Assembly: GCA_049516875.1 (NCBI GenBank)
Contig: JBEKSS010000004.1
Span: 64,001 to 128,000, forward strand
Length of the DNA: 64,000 nucleotides
Direction: 5' to 3'
DNA from: Candidatus Bathyarchaeia archaeon
GTDB lineage: Archaea; Thermoproteota; Bathyarchaeia; Bathyarchaeales; Bathycorpusculaceae
Shown here: in pieces, positions 48,209 to 58,277 of the stretch
Numbering within the stretch: position 1 is the stretch's first letter
How the letters are laid out: each line of letters starts with the position of its first letter
Notes under the pieces: model-generated
Databases searched by the model: none
What the model was told of the DNA's origin: nothing
The model's input: only the letters and a program-made list of their open reading frames with translations
Made by a program: the position numbers and the translations under genes

Positions 48209-49225
48209 TTACATTATTTTCGATATTTCTTCAGTAAGCCTCTTTTCTCTGATTTCTAGAGAAAAATATTCTTGAATTCTTTTTCTTGCCTTTTCCCCTA
48301 AATCAGAATTTAAAGCTTCTTTCACCGCACTTGCTGTCGCCTTGGGATTGTTATAAGGTACATAAAAACCAGTGTCAGCCACAATCTCAGGAAGAGAGTA
48401 TAATCTCGTAACCACGGGAACGCATTGACAAGACATAGCCTCAGCCAATGCTACCCCGAAACTTTCTTGGGTTGAAAGCTGGCAATACACTTTAGCTCTT
48501 CCGTAATAATCTAGTAGCTGTTCATCAGAGACATATCCTCTAAAAACGACATTACGACCAGCTATTTGTTTAAGATGTTCAACAGAGTCATCGTATTTTC
48601 CAAGGAGTGCAAAAGTGGCTTCAGGCACATACTTAGAAGCTTCAACGAAAGTATCCAACCTTTTTTTGTTTATCGTAGATTCAGATATTGTACCGACTGT
48701 TATGACCAGGTTCTCTTTCTTTCCCGAAGGACTGAACTTTTCTGTGTCGACACAATTGTAAACCAAGCTGAGATTTTTAGGCTTAGCGAAAAACAAGATT
48801 TCTCTAATGCTAGACTTAGAAACAGCCAAGATTTTACTTGCATTCTCTAGTATGAACTTGACTTCAAAACGACCATACGGGGACAACAAAAGTCCGTAGT
48901 TTATCTCTGGAACACAAGCCACTTCATATCCACCAATGACTATTATGCTCTTCTTTCGTAGAAGTTTACAGAAAAGTACGATAAAAAAGCCATCCAAGGT
49001 AGCCCACCAAGAAAAAGCTACATCGCACCACAAGATACCTTTAAGCAATTTAAGAAACGCAAGAGGGCTCCTACCTCTTTCAGGAACGAGAAACGTTGTA
49101 ATCTTCAGCTTCTTAACATTGAAATGTCTTTCGATTATCTCCATATCTCTGAGAACAAACGAAGACAAACTTGAATAAACGAAGAGAATCTTCGGTCTCT
49201 CTTTTACACTCAACACATGCATCAC
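48209..49225 (-). CDS. GT4 glycosyltransferase
   Basis: ESFGVALAEAM motif; AT-rich. Confidence 0.9.
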   Translation of the reverse strand: MMHVLSVKERPKILFVYSSLSSFVLRDMEIIERHFNVKKLKITTFLVPERGRSPLAFLKLLKGILWCDVAFSWWATLDGFFIVLFCKLLRKKSIIVIGGYEVACVPEINYGLLLSPYGRFEVKFILENASKILAVSKSSIREILFFAKPKNLSLVYNCVDTEKFSPSGKKENLVITVGTISESTINKKRLDTFVEASKYVPEATFALLGKYDDSVEHLKQIAGRNVVFRGYVSDEQLLDYYGRAKVYCQLSTQESFGVALAEAMSCQCVPVVTRLYSLPEIVADTGFYVPYNNPKATASAVKEALNSDLGEKARKRIQEYFSLEIREKRLTEEISKIM

Positions 49226-49468
49226 TGTGTTCTCTCTTACATTATGGTAGCGTAAAATGTCTTAATTGTATATTAATTGGTTCTTCATTCACTCACCCAA
49301 GCTATTGCCATTCTAGAACCTGTTTCAGTAGATTCATCTTAGTTTCTAAGTCAAACGAGCGATTGGTTGGAAGTAATAGCAGTGAGGTATTTAAGAAGGA
49401 GAGCATCTCAATTATGCTCTCCCACGGGCAAACATAAGTACTACTGGAAAACGCAAGGTAGGCCCTAA

Positions 49469-50581
49469 ATGCGGATATGCTATTTGGCAAATGCAGCAAG
49501 TGTTCACACACACAGATGGACACGGTACTTCGTTGAAAGGGGACACGAAGTCCATGTGATCTCCTTCGAAAACGCCCAAATCGCAGGGGCCATCGTCCAC
49601 GTTTTGAAACTTCCACTGCTCGTTAGAAGCGCCACTTTCCCCCTCAAAATAGCATCTATCTACAGAATAAGAGCTCTAATCAAGAGAATAGAACCAGACA
49701 TCCTGCACGCACATTACGTAACTAACTATGGACTTTTCGGCGCTCTGTGCAACTTCAGACCTTTCGTAATCACAGCCTGGGGTTCAGATGTTTTAATCGT
49801 TCCCGAAGCGCGCCTTATATCAACCATAAAGGGGTTCATTGCGAAATACACGCTGAAAAAGGCGGATTCAATAACGTGCGATGCTCGCCACATGAAGGAC
49901 GCCATGGTGAGGCTTGGGGTTTCTCCAGACAATGTTAACATCATCTTCTTCGGGGTTGACACTAGAAAATTCAGTCCCGGACAGAAAAGTGAAACACTTA
50001 GAGCCCAATTGGGCGTTTATGACTCGCCTGCCGTCATAAGCCTAAGAAATCTTGAATCTATATATGACATCGAATCGTTGATCAAGTCCGCACCTTTAGT
50101 GCTGAAGGAAATTCCCAGAACAAAGTTCATAATCGCTGGAAAAGGTTCTGAAGAAAAAAAACTGAGAGAGCTAGCCAAATCTTTAGGCGTTTCAGAAAGC
50201 GTGAAGTTCATCGGTTTCATACAAAACGATAAACTCCCCGAGTATTTGAATTCCATGGACGTGTACGTTTCCACATCTCTCTCAGACGCTGGAATTGCAG
50301 CCAGCACGGCAGAAGCGATGGCTTGCGGACTGCCAGTGATTGTTACTGATGCTGCTGATAACAGAATGTGGGTAGAGGAAGGTGTGAACGGATTTGTTAT
50401 TCCGGTAAGAGATCCGAAATTGTTGGCTGAAAGAATTATCCATTTATTGAAAAACGAAGACATAAGAAGGAGATTTGGAGATATTAACAGAAAAGTGATC
50501 GAGGAGAGAAACAATTATTATAAAGAGATGGCGAAGATGGAAGAGATTTACAAAAAACTAGTCGAGGAGTATGAAAAATGA
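49469..50581 (+). CDS. GT4 glycosyltransferase
   Basis: HTHRW, ILHAH, WGSD and SDAGIAASTAEAMACG motifs. Confidence 0.9.
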   Translation: MRICYLANAASVHTHRWTRYFVERGHEVHVISFENAQIAGAIVHVLKLPLLVRSATFPLKIASIYRIRALIKRIEPDILHAHYVTNYGLFGALCNFRPFVITAWGSDVLIVPEARLISTIKGFIAKYTLKKADSITCDARHMKDAMVRLGVSPDNVNIIFFGVDTRKFSPGQKSETLRAQLGVYDSPAVISLRNLESIYDIESLIKSAPLVLKEIPRTKFIIAGKGSEEKKLRELAKSLGVSESVKFIGFIQNDKLPEYLNSMDVYVSTSLSDAGIAASTAEAMACGLPVIVTDAADNRMWVEEGVNGFVIPVRDPKLLAERIIHLLKNEDIRRRFGDINRKVIEERNNYYKEMAKMEEIYKKLVEEYEK

Positions 50582-51537
50582 GAATCCTAATAACGGGCGG
50601 GGCAGGGTTCATAGGAAGTTACCTCTGCGAGAAATACACCAAAGAAGGACACACGGTCCTGTGCTTGGACAATTTCCTGAGCGGGAACCTACTGAACGTG
50701 AGACACCTATTGATTCACCGAAATTTCAAGCTCATAGAAGGCGATATTCTAGATTTTAACCTTCTAGAAAGAATAAGCCGCGATGTAGACGCAATTTTCC
50801 ATCTAGCAGCTCAGATCCACGTGGACAGGTCCTATGTTGAGCCTCGCCTTACTTACGAGATAAACGTGATGGGAACACAGAACATCTTGGAAGTTGCAAG
50901 GATATACGACGTTAAGAAGGTCATTCACACTTCTACGAGTGAGGTATACGGTTCAGCCCAGTATGTGCCCATAGACGAGAAGCATCCTCTAGACGCTCCA
51001 CACCCCTACGGAGCCAGCAAAATAGCTGCGGACAGAATGTGCCATGCATACGTCACGACGTATGGTATGAACATCTCTATACCGAGGTTTTTCAACATCT
51101 TCGGTCCTAGGCAAAGAGACATCGGATACGGTGGAGTGATATCCATATTTACCCGAAGAGTTCTGAATGACATGCCACCGATCATTTATGGAGATGGCAA
51201 GCAAACAAGAGATTACACTTACGTGGAGGACTCCGTCAGAGCTTTCGATTTAATTCTTAACCACAATTCGAGAATCGATCCTATTAACATCGGTACTGGA
51301 AAGGAAGTAAGTATAATCGATTTAGCCAACCTGATCATTGGTTTATGTGGCAAAAAAGGGAAGATAAAACCCGTCCATGTAGAGCCAAGAATCGGAGAAG
51401 TGAAAAAGCTAATCGCCGACAGAACTAGAGCCAAAGAAGTCTTGGGATGGGAACCTAAGTATAACTTGAAAGACGGCCTGAGCAATTTCATCCAATGGTA
51501 CAAGAATTACGGACTAGAGGAGCGAATCAAGCTGTGA
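50578..51537 (+). CDS. NAD-dependent NDP-sugar dehydratase/epimerase (extended SDR)
   Basis: GGAGFIG, HLAAQIHVDRS, STSEVYG, PYGASK and GDGKQTRDY motifs. Confidence 0.9.
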   Translation: MRILITGGAGFIGSYLCEKYTKEGHTVLCLDNFLSGNLLNVRHLLIHRNFKLIEGDILDFNLLERISRDVDAIFHLAAQIHVDRSYVEPRLTYEINVMGTQNILEVARIYDVKKVIHTSTSEVYGSAQYVPIDEKHPLDAPHPYGASKIAADRMCHAYVTTYGMNISIPRFFNIFGPRQRDIGYGGVISIFTRRVLNDMPPIIYGDGKQTRDYTYVEDSVRAFDLILNHNSRIDPINIGTGKEVSIIDLANLIIGLCGKKGKIKPVHVEPRIGEVKKLIADRTRAKEVLGWEPKYNLKDGLSNFIQWYKNYGLEERIKL

Positions 51538-52538
51538 ATAAAAAGGAGCAAGACTTGCTCGCCTTAGATGTCCCCACAAAAATTTTGCATAAAATGTACG
51601 TGACCATGGTAAGGATTCGGAAATTCGAGGAGAGAATCGCAGAAATTCTTCTTTCCTCAAAAGAAATCACCACGCCCTGCCATTTATACATCGGACAAGA
51701 AGCCGTGGCAACAGGAGTGTGTACGGCTCTCAGAAAGGACGACTATGTCCTTAGCACCCACCGCTCCCACGGCCATTTTTTAGCCAAAGGCGGCGACCTA
51801 AAGGCGTTGATGGCAGAGATTTATTGCAAAAAAACAGGCTGTTCACGAGGTAAAGGCGGCTCGATGCATGTTGCATCACCCGACGTGGGATTACCGGGAA
51901 GCTCTGCCATTGTTGGCGGAACAATACCCATAGCCGCTGGAGCAGCATTGGCCTTCTCCATACAGAACAAGGACGCTGTATCTGTTGTCTTCTTTGGCGA
52001 TGGAGCAGTCCATGAGGGAGTGTTCTACGAAACCCTCAACTTCGCTTCCCTCAACAAACTACCTGTTATCTTCGTCTGCGAGAACAATCTCTACTGCACG
52101 CATCTCCCCGTAGCAGCCTGTCTCGCAGACACCGACATTCACAAGAAAGCCAATGTTTTTGCGATGCCAAGCGTCAGAATCGATGGAAACAACGCGATGG
52201 AAGTTTACAAGACGGCAAAGAAGGCAATAGAAGATGCTCGAAGTGGGAAAGGACCCACCTTAATAGAGTGCATGACTTACAGATGGAAAGGTCACGTTGG
52301 ACCCAGCGACGATTTAGACAAGGGCCTCAGAAGCAAAGAAGAGTTAGACTACTGGATGAACAGGGACCCGATTAGAACAATGGAGAAATTTCTGCTGGAA
52401 CACAGCATCATGTCCAAGCTGGAAATAAACCACACACACAAAGCTGCTTCAGAAGAGGTGGAGGAAGCCGTCAAATTCGCAAGAGAAAGCCCGTATCCAG
52501 ACGAGAATGAGCTTCTCCACAGTGTGTTCAAAACCTAA
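51534..52538 (+). CDS. ThDP-dependent E1 alpha-like subunit
   Basis: HLYIGQEA, HRSHGH, GKGGSMH, GDGA..ENN and YRWKGH motifs. Confidence 0.9.
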   Translation: MNKKEQDLLALDVPTKILHKMYVTMVRIRKFEERIAEILLSSKEITTPCHLYIGQEAVATGVCTALRKDDYVLSTHRSHGHFLAKGGDLKALMAEIYCKKTGCSRGKGGSMHVASPDVGLPGSSAIVGGTIPIAAGAALAFSIQNKDAVSVVFFGDGAVHEGVFYETLNFASLNKLPVIFVCENNLYCTHLPVAACLADTDIHKKANVFAMPSVRIDGNNAMEVYKTAKKAIEDARSGKGPTLIECMTYRWKGHVGPSDDLDKGLRSKEELDYWMNRDPIRTMEKFLLEHSIMSKLEINHTHKAASEEVEEAVKFARESPYPDENELLHSVFKT

Positions 52539-52578
52539 CATGTGAAAGGCGAGCTATGGAACCAAGGTGTGAATTACC

Positions 52579-53559
52579 CTGCCAAAAACCACCTACGCCG
52601 AAGCGATCAATGAGGCTTTGCACCAAATAATCGCAAGGGAACCACGGGCATTCTTGATTGGACAAGGAGTCACCAGTCCATGGTACGTCGGAAGCACCAC
52701 CGTCGACCTCCTCACTCGATTTGGCCCCAAGAGAATAATAGATACGCCAACATCTGAAAATGGCATAACAGGTGTCGCACTGGGTGCAGCTTTGGCGGGA
52801 ATGCACCCCATTTTATGCTTTCCAAGAATGGACTTCATGTATTACGCGATGGACCAGATAGCAAATCACATCGCAAACTGGCACTACATGTTCGGAGGAC
52901 AACTAAGCGCGCCAATAACACTCTGGGCAATCATCAACAGAGGAGGCGAACAGGCAGCACAGCACTCACAGGCAACGCAAGCCATTTTCATGCACATTCC
53001 AGGTCTCAAAGTTGTCATGCCGAGCACACCGTATGATGCTAAAGGGCTTCTCGTAGCTAGCATAAAAGAGGAGAATCCAGTAGTCTATATTGATGACCGC
53101 TGGTTGTATCAGCTTGTTGGGGAAGTTCCGGAAGAGCTGTACTCCGTGCCAATTGGGAAAGGCGTTGTTAGACGCAAAGGCAAAGATGTGACTGTGGTGG
53201 GAACTTCTTACATGGTTTACGAGGCAATCAAGGCTTCCGAGAGCCTTGAAAGCGAAGGCATCGGTGCGGAAGTGATAGACTTACGCTCGCTCAAACCGTT
53301 AGACGAGAATCTGCTGTTTAATTCGGTGAGAAAAACTGGAAGACTGGTCGTTGTGGATGGTGGATGGAGAACTTCTGGCGTTGCTGCCGAAATCTCTGCT
53401 AGAGTTGCAGAAAATGACGCCTTCAAGTCGTTGAAAGCCCCCATTATTCGGGTTACATTACCAGATACTCCTGCACCTGCCAGCTCGGTGCTGGAAAAGA
53501 TTTATTATCCCGGAGCAGAAAAAATCATGGCGGCTGTAAGAGAGGTCTTGGAGAAATAG
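52579..53559 (+). CDS. ThDP-dependent E1 beta-like subunit (apparent CTG start)
   Basis: TYAEAINEAL, DTPTSENG, QHSQ, PSTPYDAKGLL and IDLRSLKPLD motifs. Confidence 0.88.
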   Translation: MPKTTYAEAINEALHQIIAREPRAFLIGQGVTSPWYVGSTTVDLLTRFGPKRIIDTPTSENGITGVALGAALAGMHPILCFPRMDFMYYAMDQIANHIANWHYMFGGQLSAPITLWAIINRGGEQAAQHSQATQAIFMHIPGLKVVMPSTPYDAKGLLVASIKEENPVVYIDDRWLYQLVGEVPEELYSVPIGKGVVRRKGKDVTVVGTSYMVYEAIKASESLESEGIGAEVIDLRSLKPLDENLLFNSVRKTGRLVVVDGGWRTSGVAAEISARVAENDAFKSLKAPIIRVTLPDTPAPASSVLEKIYYPGAEKIMAAVREVLEK

Positions 53560-53561
53560 CC

Positions 53562-54677
53562 ATGGTGTACAAAGTTCCCTTCGTGAATTATCCCGAGCAT
53601 TACCGTCGCATGTGGGATGAAGTCATAGGCGCAATTTCAGAAGCGTTGTCTAAGGGCGACTTACTACTTCGTGGACAGTTAAGGCAGTTTGAAGAAGGGA
53701 TCGCCTCATTCGTTGGAGTGAAATATGCAGTTGGACTTAACAGCGGGACCGACGCTATGCTTCTTTCACTGAAAGCTGCTGGAATAGGGCCCGGAGATGA
53801 GGTTATCACAGTGGCCCACACGTTCGTGGCTTCAATAGCGGTAATCGTCTTTTGCGGAGCCAAGCCGATACTGGTGGATGTGGGAGAAGACATGAACATG
53901 GATGTAGAACAAGCGGAACAAAAAATCTCACCAAAAACGAAAGCAATCATGCCAGTTCATCTAAATGGTCGGCTGTGCAACATGAAGAAACTGATGAAAA
54001 TTGCGAATGAACATGATCTAGTAGTGATTGAGGATGCTGCCCAAGCTTTAGGAGCCACCTTCGATGGCAAAAAAGCAGGTTCTTTTGGATTAACTGGTTG
54101 CTTCAGTCTTTATCCTGCAAAAGTGCTTGGAGCTGCTGGAGACGGAGGATTTTTGACCACAAGCGATGATGAAACGAACAAGAATACGCGTCTTCTGAGA
54201 GACCATGGCCAAGACAGAAAAACTGGAGAAATTTTCTTTTACGGGTTTAACAGTAGATTAGATAACATTCAGGCAGCGATTCTTAACGTGAAACTCAAAT
54301 ACCTGCATAAATGGATTGAAAGACGCCGAGAAATTGCCAGAATCTATCACGAAGGGTTATCCGACCTAACCAAAGTGAAATTGCCACAACCGCCTACTTC
54401 AAAAGGCCCATACTATGACGTGTACCAAAACTATGTTATTCGCATCAAAGACCGCGACGAACTTGTTGAATTCCTTGAGCAGAATGGTGTGGAGACAATA
54501 GTTTCTTGGCGAATACCGAACCATTTCCATCCAGCATTGAACCTGAAGCACTTCAAGCTGCCAAATACAGAGGAATTATCCAACGAAGTCGTCTCACTGC
54601 CAATGTATCCAGAGTTGGCAGATGACCAAGTGCACTACGTCATAGATGTCATACACAATTTCTACGAGCACAAATAG
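53562..54677 (+). CDS. DegT/DnrJ/EryC1/StrS sugar aminotransferase
   Basis: NSGTDA, PVHLNG, EDAAQALGA, SLYPAKVLG and NSRLDNIQAA motifs. Confidence 0.92.
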   Translation: MVYKVPFVNYPEHYRRMWDEVIGAISEALSKGDLLLRGQLRQFEEGIASFVGVKYAVGLNSGTDAMLLSLKAAGIGPGDEVITVAHTFVASIAVIVFCGAKPILVDVGEDMNMDVEQAEQKISPKTKAIMPVHLNGRLCNMKKLMKIANEHDLVVIEDAAQALGATFDGKKAGSFGLTGCFSLYPAKVLGAAGDGGFLTTSDDETNKNTRLLRDHGQDRKTGEIFFYGFNSRLDNIQAAILNVKLKYLHKWIERRREIARIYHEGLSDLTKVKLPQPPTSKGPYYDVYQNYVIRIKDRDELVEFLEQNGVETIVSWRIPNHFHPALNLKHFKLPNTEELSNEVVSLPMYPELADDQVHYVIDVIHNFYEHK

Positions 54678-54743
54678 ATGAAGACAACAAACAAGGATGA
54701 GCAACGATTAACAGATAAAGAATGGACCATCAGAAATCGGTGA
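54678..54743 (+). pseudogene. N-terminal remnant of a methyltransferase paralog
   Basis: MKTTNKDEQRLTDKEWTIRNR* directly after the degT stop; resembles ..IVTDEEWSNRH of the gene at 54909. Confidence 0.4.
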
Positions 54744-54908
54744 TGGTCGAAAGGAAAGTTGTCCAGCATATAATACGTGCAGTAGGAATATTCTCGAATT
54801 AGTGAAATATAGGTTTTGGATCCATATTTCGAATTCATAAGTTTTGTTAAATGCTTACGGTCCATTTCGTTGCACGAAGGCTTGTGAAAGGCCCTTGAGG
54901 CAACGTAG

Positions 54909-55697
54909 ATGCAGTCTCAAAGTGAACATGCGCCTATTATAGTAACGGACGAGGAATGGTCCAATAGACATCTTCAAGATGAGAGTTGGATAGAGGGCTA
55001 TTGGAAGTCACGGAACCATCCACATAGGTCCTTCATAACGGAGACAATCCAGAAATTTTCTCCAATACACAGTGTTCTTGAGATTGGATGTGCCAGCGGT
55101 CCGAACCTGTATCGGATAGCCAGAAAGTTTCCTTGCGCAGACGTAAGAGGCATCGACATAAATCCAATGGCCGTTCAACTAGGCAATGAATGGTTTAGGC
55201 AAGAAGGGTTGTCCAACGTTGAACTGGAAGTCGGTAAGGCTCAGAACCTTAAGCGATTTCGAGATAAAAGTTTTGATGTTGTTTTGACAGACGCTGTCTT
55301 GATTTACGTACCCCCCGACGAAATCAGACAGGTCGCAAGAGAAATGCTTCGCATAGGTCGAGTACTAGTACTAAATGAGTGGCACATTTTCAACAAGCGG
55401 TTGGCGTTATTCTGGAACACGTATTGTTGCCTCAAAATGAAAACTGAAATACAAGCAAAACAACGATTCACAAACACCAACTTTTCACTCATACCCCAAT
55501 CATCACTCGGATTCTTCGTGGGACACTGGGCCAGGGATTATAAGACTTTGTTTCAGAAGTTTGTTCAAAAGGAAAAAGTCCATATCACCAAGCTTCCCAA
55601 GAAACTGTATGACGATAAAGGCTGGCAAACATGGGGAGCAATAATTGAAGTAAAGGGACAAAACATTACTGATTCGAGGACGGTTGCGCACCCTTGA
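54909..55697 (+). CDS. Class I SAM-dependent methyltransferase
   Basis: VLEIGCASGPNL, GIDIN and FDVVLTDAVLIY motifs. Confidence 0.88.
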   Translation: MQSQSEHAPIIVTDEEWSNRHLQDESWIEGYWKSRNHPHRSFITETIQKFSPIHSVLEIGCASGPNLYRIARKFPCADVRGIDINPMAVQLGNEWFRQEGLSNVELEVGKAQNLKRFRDKSFDVVLTDAVLIYVPPDEIRQVAREMLRIGRVLVLNEWHIFNKRLALFWNTYCCLKMKTEIQAKQRFTNTNFSLIPQSSLGFFVGHWARDYKTLFQKFVQKEKVHITKLPKKLYDDKGWQTWGAIIEVKGQNITDSRTVAHP

Positions 55698-55737
55698 TAC
55701 AGTGTCTATTGCTTGCTATTGGTCTGGATAAATCGAC

Positions 55738-56493
55738 TCAATCTTTTCGCCAAGCGTACACGACACCATTATCCTCGGCAAAATGAATTTCATAATCGTA
55801 TTTGCCCAAGATTTCTAAGACTCTTGGATATGTTCTTTTTTCAATGTCGTATCTGCAATGAGTTTCCACTGCAAGCTTTCTGGTAGTTTGTAAGAATCTA
55901 TTGCCACCTTCTAATACCTGAGCTTCAGCGCCTTGAACATCTATCTTTGCAAAGTCTATTTTTCTATCACCAAACAAGTTATCAAGAGTATCTGATGGGA
56001 CTTCTATTTGCCTTTTTCTTTCTACGTCTTCCATAATTGAATGTCCAGTGGGAGTGTCGTGAAGATGGAAGGTCACAGTTCCTTTTTTATCCCATAACGC
56101 TTTGCGAATTATTTCTACATTATTAAAACCAGAAAGATTATGTTCAAGATATGGGATGTTAAGCGGATATGCTTCAACCGCAATAACCTTTCCCGTTGAA
56201 CCAGTCTTTATTGCCATTGGAACGGTTGTGTCACCAATACAAGCTCCCACATCCAACACGGTGTCCCCCTCTTCAATTTTGAAGAACCTCTCACATTTAT
56301 TTTCAAAATCCTTAAGTCCAAACCCTATGAATTTTGGCGTTGGACTCAGCAGTTCCATTCCACCCTTTTGAATCAGCCATCCATTTTCAGATTTCTTGAT
56401 TTTCGCTTTTTCTTTGGACGAAAGTGCATAGTAGAAGTTTGAAATTGACGGGAACAGCCAATTAGGGCATTTTTTTATAAACCACTCCTTCAT
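55738..56493 (-). CDS. FkbM-family methyltransferase
   Basis: VLDVGACIG, VIAVEA, TLD and KIDVQGAE motifs. Confidence 0.9.
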   Translation of the reverse strand: MKEWFIKKCPNWLFPSISNFYYALSSKEKAKIKKSENGWLIQKGGMELLSPTPKFIGFGLKDFENKCERFFKIEEGDTVLDVGACIGDTTVPMAIKTGSTGKVIAVEAYPLNIPYLEHNLSGFNNVEIIRKALWDKKGTVTFHLHDTPTGHSIMEDVERKRQIEVPSDTLDNLFGDRKIDFAKIDVQGAEAQVLEGGNRFLQTTRKLAVETHCRYDIEKRTYPRVLEILGKYDYEIHFAEDNGVVYAWRKD

Positions 56494-56749
56494 TCTTTCA
56501 CCGTCCAGCGCGCGCGAACTGTTTTACATTAAAGAGTACTGATATAGAACATAAACATTTCCCAGTATTCTCCAGTCTCATCCTTGTCTACTGCTCTACC
56601 TCAATCTTCCATTTTTCTGCTGTGAAGTGAGTTAATATATTGAAAATAACTGTTCTTTTACCTAGGCGCCATTTATTGGTTCATTTGGCGCATTTTGCGC
56701 CCTTCAATTAAGGGGGGCTGAAACGAAGCTTGGGTTTAGGATTACTATT

Positions 56750-56980
56750 GAATGCATATCATTGCCTCAAACTGAAACGTGAAAAGATGCTGTCATGGCA
56801 CCACCGGCAACTCTCAATTGTTCACTTGTACTCACCATTCCTCGCACTCTTCGTGAGGCACTAGGTGATTGATTATGAGGCTTGTTTGCAAGGTTTGCTT
56901 AGAAAGAAAAAGTTCATATTGTAAAACTTCCACAGAAACCCAAGAGTTGGCAAACATGGGGAGCTGTAATTGAAGTATGA
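56750..56980 (+). pseudogene. C-terminal remnant paralogous to the methyltransferase at 54909-55697
   Basis: NAYHCLKLKRE..LALFVRH*VIDYE..KVHIVKLP..WQTWGAVIEV*; 56948-56977 matches 55623-55652 at 28/30. Confidence 0.8.
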
Positions 56981-57017
56981 GTATAGAACATTAACTCTTC
57001 GAGGATGACGATAATTC

Positions 57018-58277
57018 GTGAAGAAAGTTCTGATCATAGCAAATCTATTCTATGCTTCCCCGCGGATACCAGGTTTGGTCAAATATCTCCCGGAATTCGG
57101 ATGGCAACCTATCATTCTAACAACTTCTCTCGGTGAACGACCAGATGAACGGTTTGGACCTCCCAACGACTTCAGAAAAAACTATAGAGTAATAGAAACA
57201 CCCGGTCCAACTAAAGACGTTGGGACGCGGGTTAAAAAGCGAATGCGCTCCAAAAAATATCGCGTTGTCAGACCGTTACTTAAGTTCCTCTATAGACGAT
57301 ATTCAGAAATAGTTCATTACCCCGATGAAGAAAAAGGTTGGAAACCACTTGCCGTTGAAGCCGCTAACGAATTATTGCAAAAGGAGGAGGTAGATGCGAT
57401 AATCAGTAGTTCTTCGCCAGCAACTTGCCACTTGATCGCCGAAGAAATCAAAAACAAGTACAAGATACCATGGGTGGCTGATTTCAGAGACCTCTGGACA
57501 CAAAACCATAATTATCCCTACAGTATACTTAGAAAGATATTCGAAAAAAGACTTGAGGTAGAGACGCTGTCGACATCAGACGCCTTAGTAACTACCTCTC
57601 AGCCATTAGCAGAAGAATTGAGTATATTACATAAGAAAAAAGTCTATGCAATCACTAACGGTTTTGACCCAGATGAGGTGAGCAATGGAATGTCCGATTT
57701 GACATCAAAGTTCACAACTACCTACACTGGTCAGATCTACAAGAAACAAGACCCTTCAAAACTCCTTTCTGCCCTAAAAGATCTGATCTCTGATGGAACC
57801 ATAAATCCCAACGAAGTGGAAGTTAGATTCTATGGTCCTGAAAATGAATCGCTGGTTGAAGAAACCAAGAAATACGGATTGGGGGCAATAGTTAAGCAGC
57901 ATGGGGTAATCACTAGACATGACTCTTTTGAAAGACAGAGGGAATCGCAATTGTTGTTTCAGATAAACTGGGAAGACCCCGAGAAAAAGGGGCTGTATTC
58001 TGGAAAGATATTCGAATATTTGGCCGCCCAGAGACCCATACTTGCTACCGGTGACAATGACACAGTGAAGAAGCTAATTGAGGAAACTCGCTCTGGCATC
58101 TATTGTCCTAATACCGAAGACATCAAAAAAGCACTCAGCGAATCATATTTGGAATATAAATCAACAGGTGCAGTAACGTATCATGGTAGTATTGACAAAA
58201 TCAATAAATATAGCTATCGAGAGATGGCGAGAGGTTTTGCAGATATTCTTGACACGATATCTGCAGCAGGGGGGTGA
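57018..58277 (+). CDS. GT4-like glycosyltransferase
   Basis: KYLPEFGW, ADFRDLW, ITNGFD and SGKIFEYL motifs. Confidence 0.88.
   Translation: MKKVLIIANLFYASPRIPGLVKYLPEFGWQPIILTTSLGERPDERFGPPNDFRKNYRVIETPGPTKDVGTRVKKRMRSKKYRVVRPLLKFLYRRYSEIVHYPDEEKGWKPLAVEAANELLQKEEVDAIISSSSPATCHLIAEEIKNKYKIPWVADFRDLWTQNHNYPYSILRKIFEKRLEVETLSTSDALVTTSQPLAEELSILHKKKVYAITNGFDPDEVSNGMSDLTSKFTTTYTGQIYKKQDPSKLLSALKDLISDGTINPNEVEVRFYGPENESLVEETKKYGLGAIVKQHGVITRHDSFERQRESQLLFQINWEDPEKKGLYSGKIFEYLAAQRPILATGDNDTVKKLIEETRSGIYCPNTEDIKKALSESYLEYKSTGAVTYHGSIDKINKYSYREMARGFADILDTISAAGG

Noticed and set aside
51534-53559. Central-metabolism pyruvate/acetoin dehydrogenase
   Set aside because: No E2/E3 nearby and the genes are embedded in a sugar-nucleotide operon
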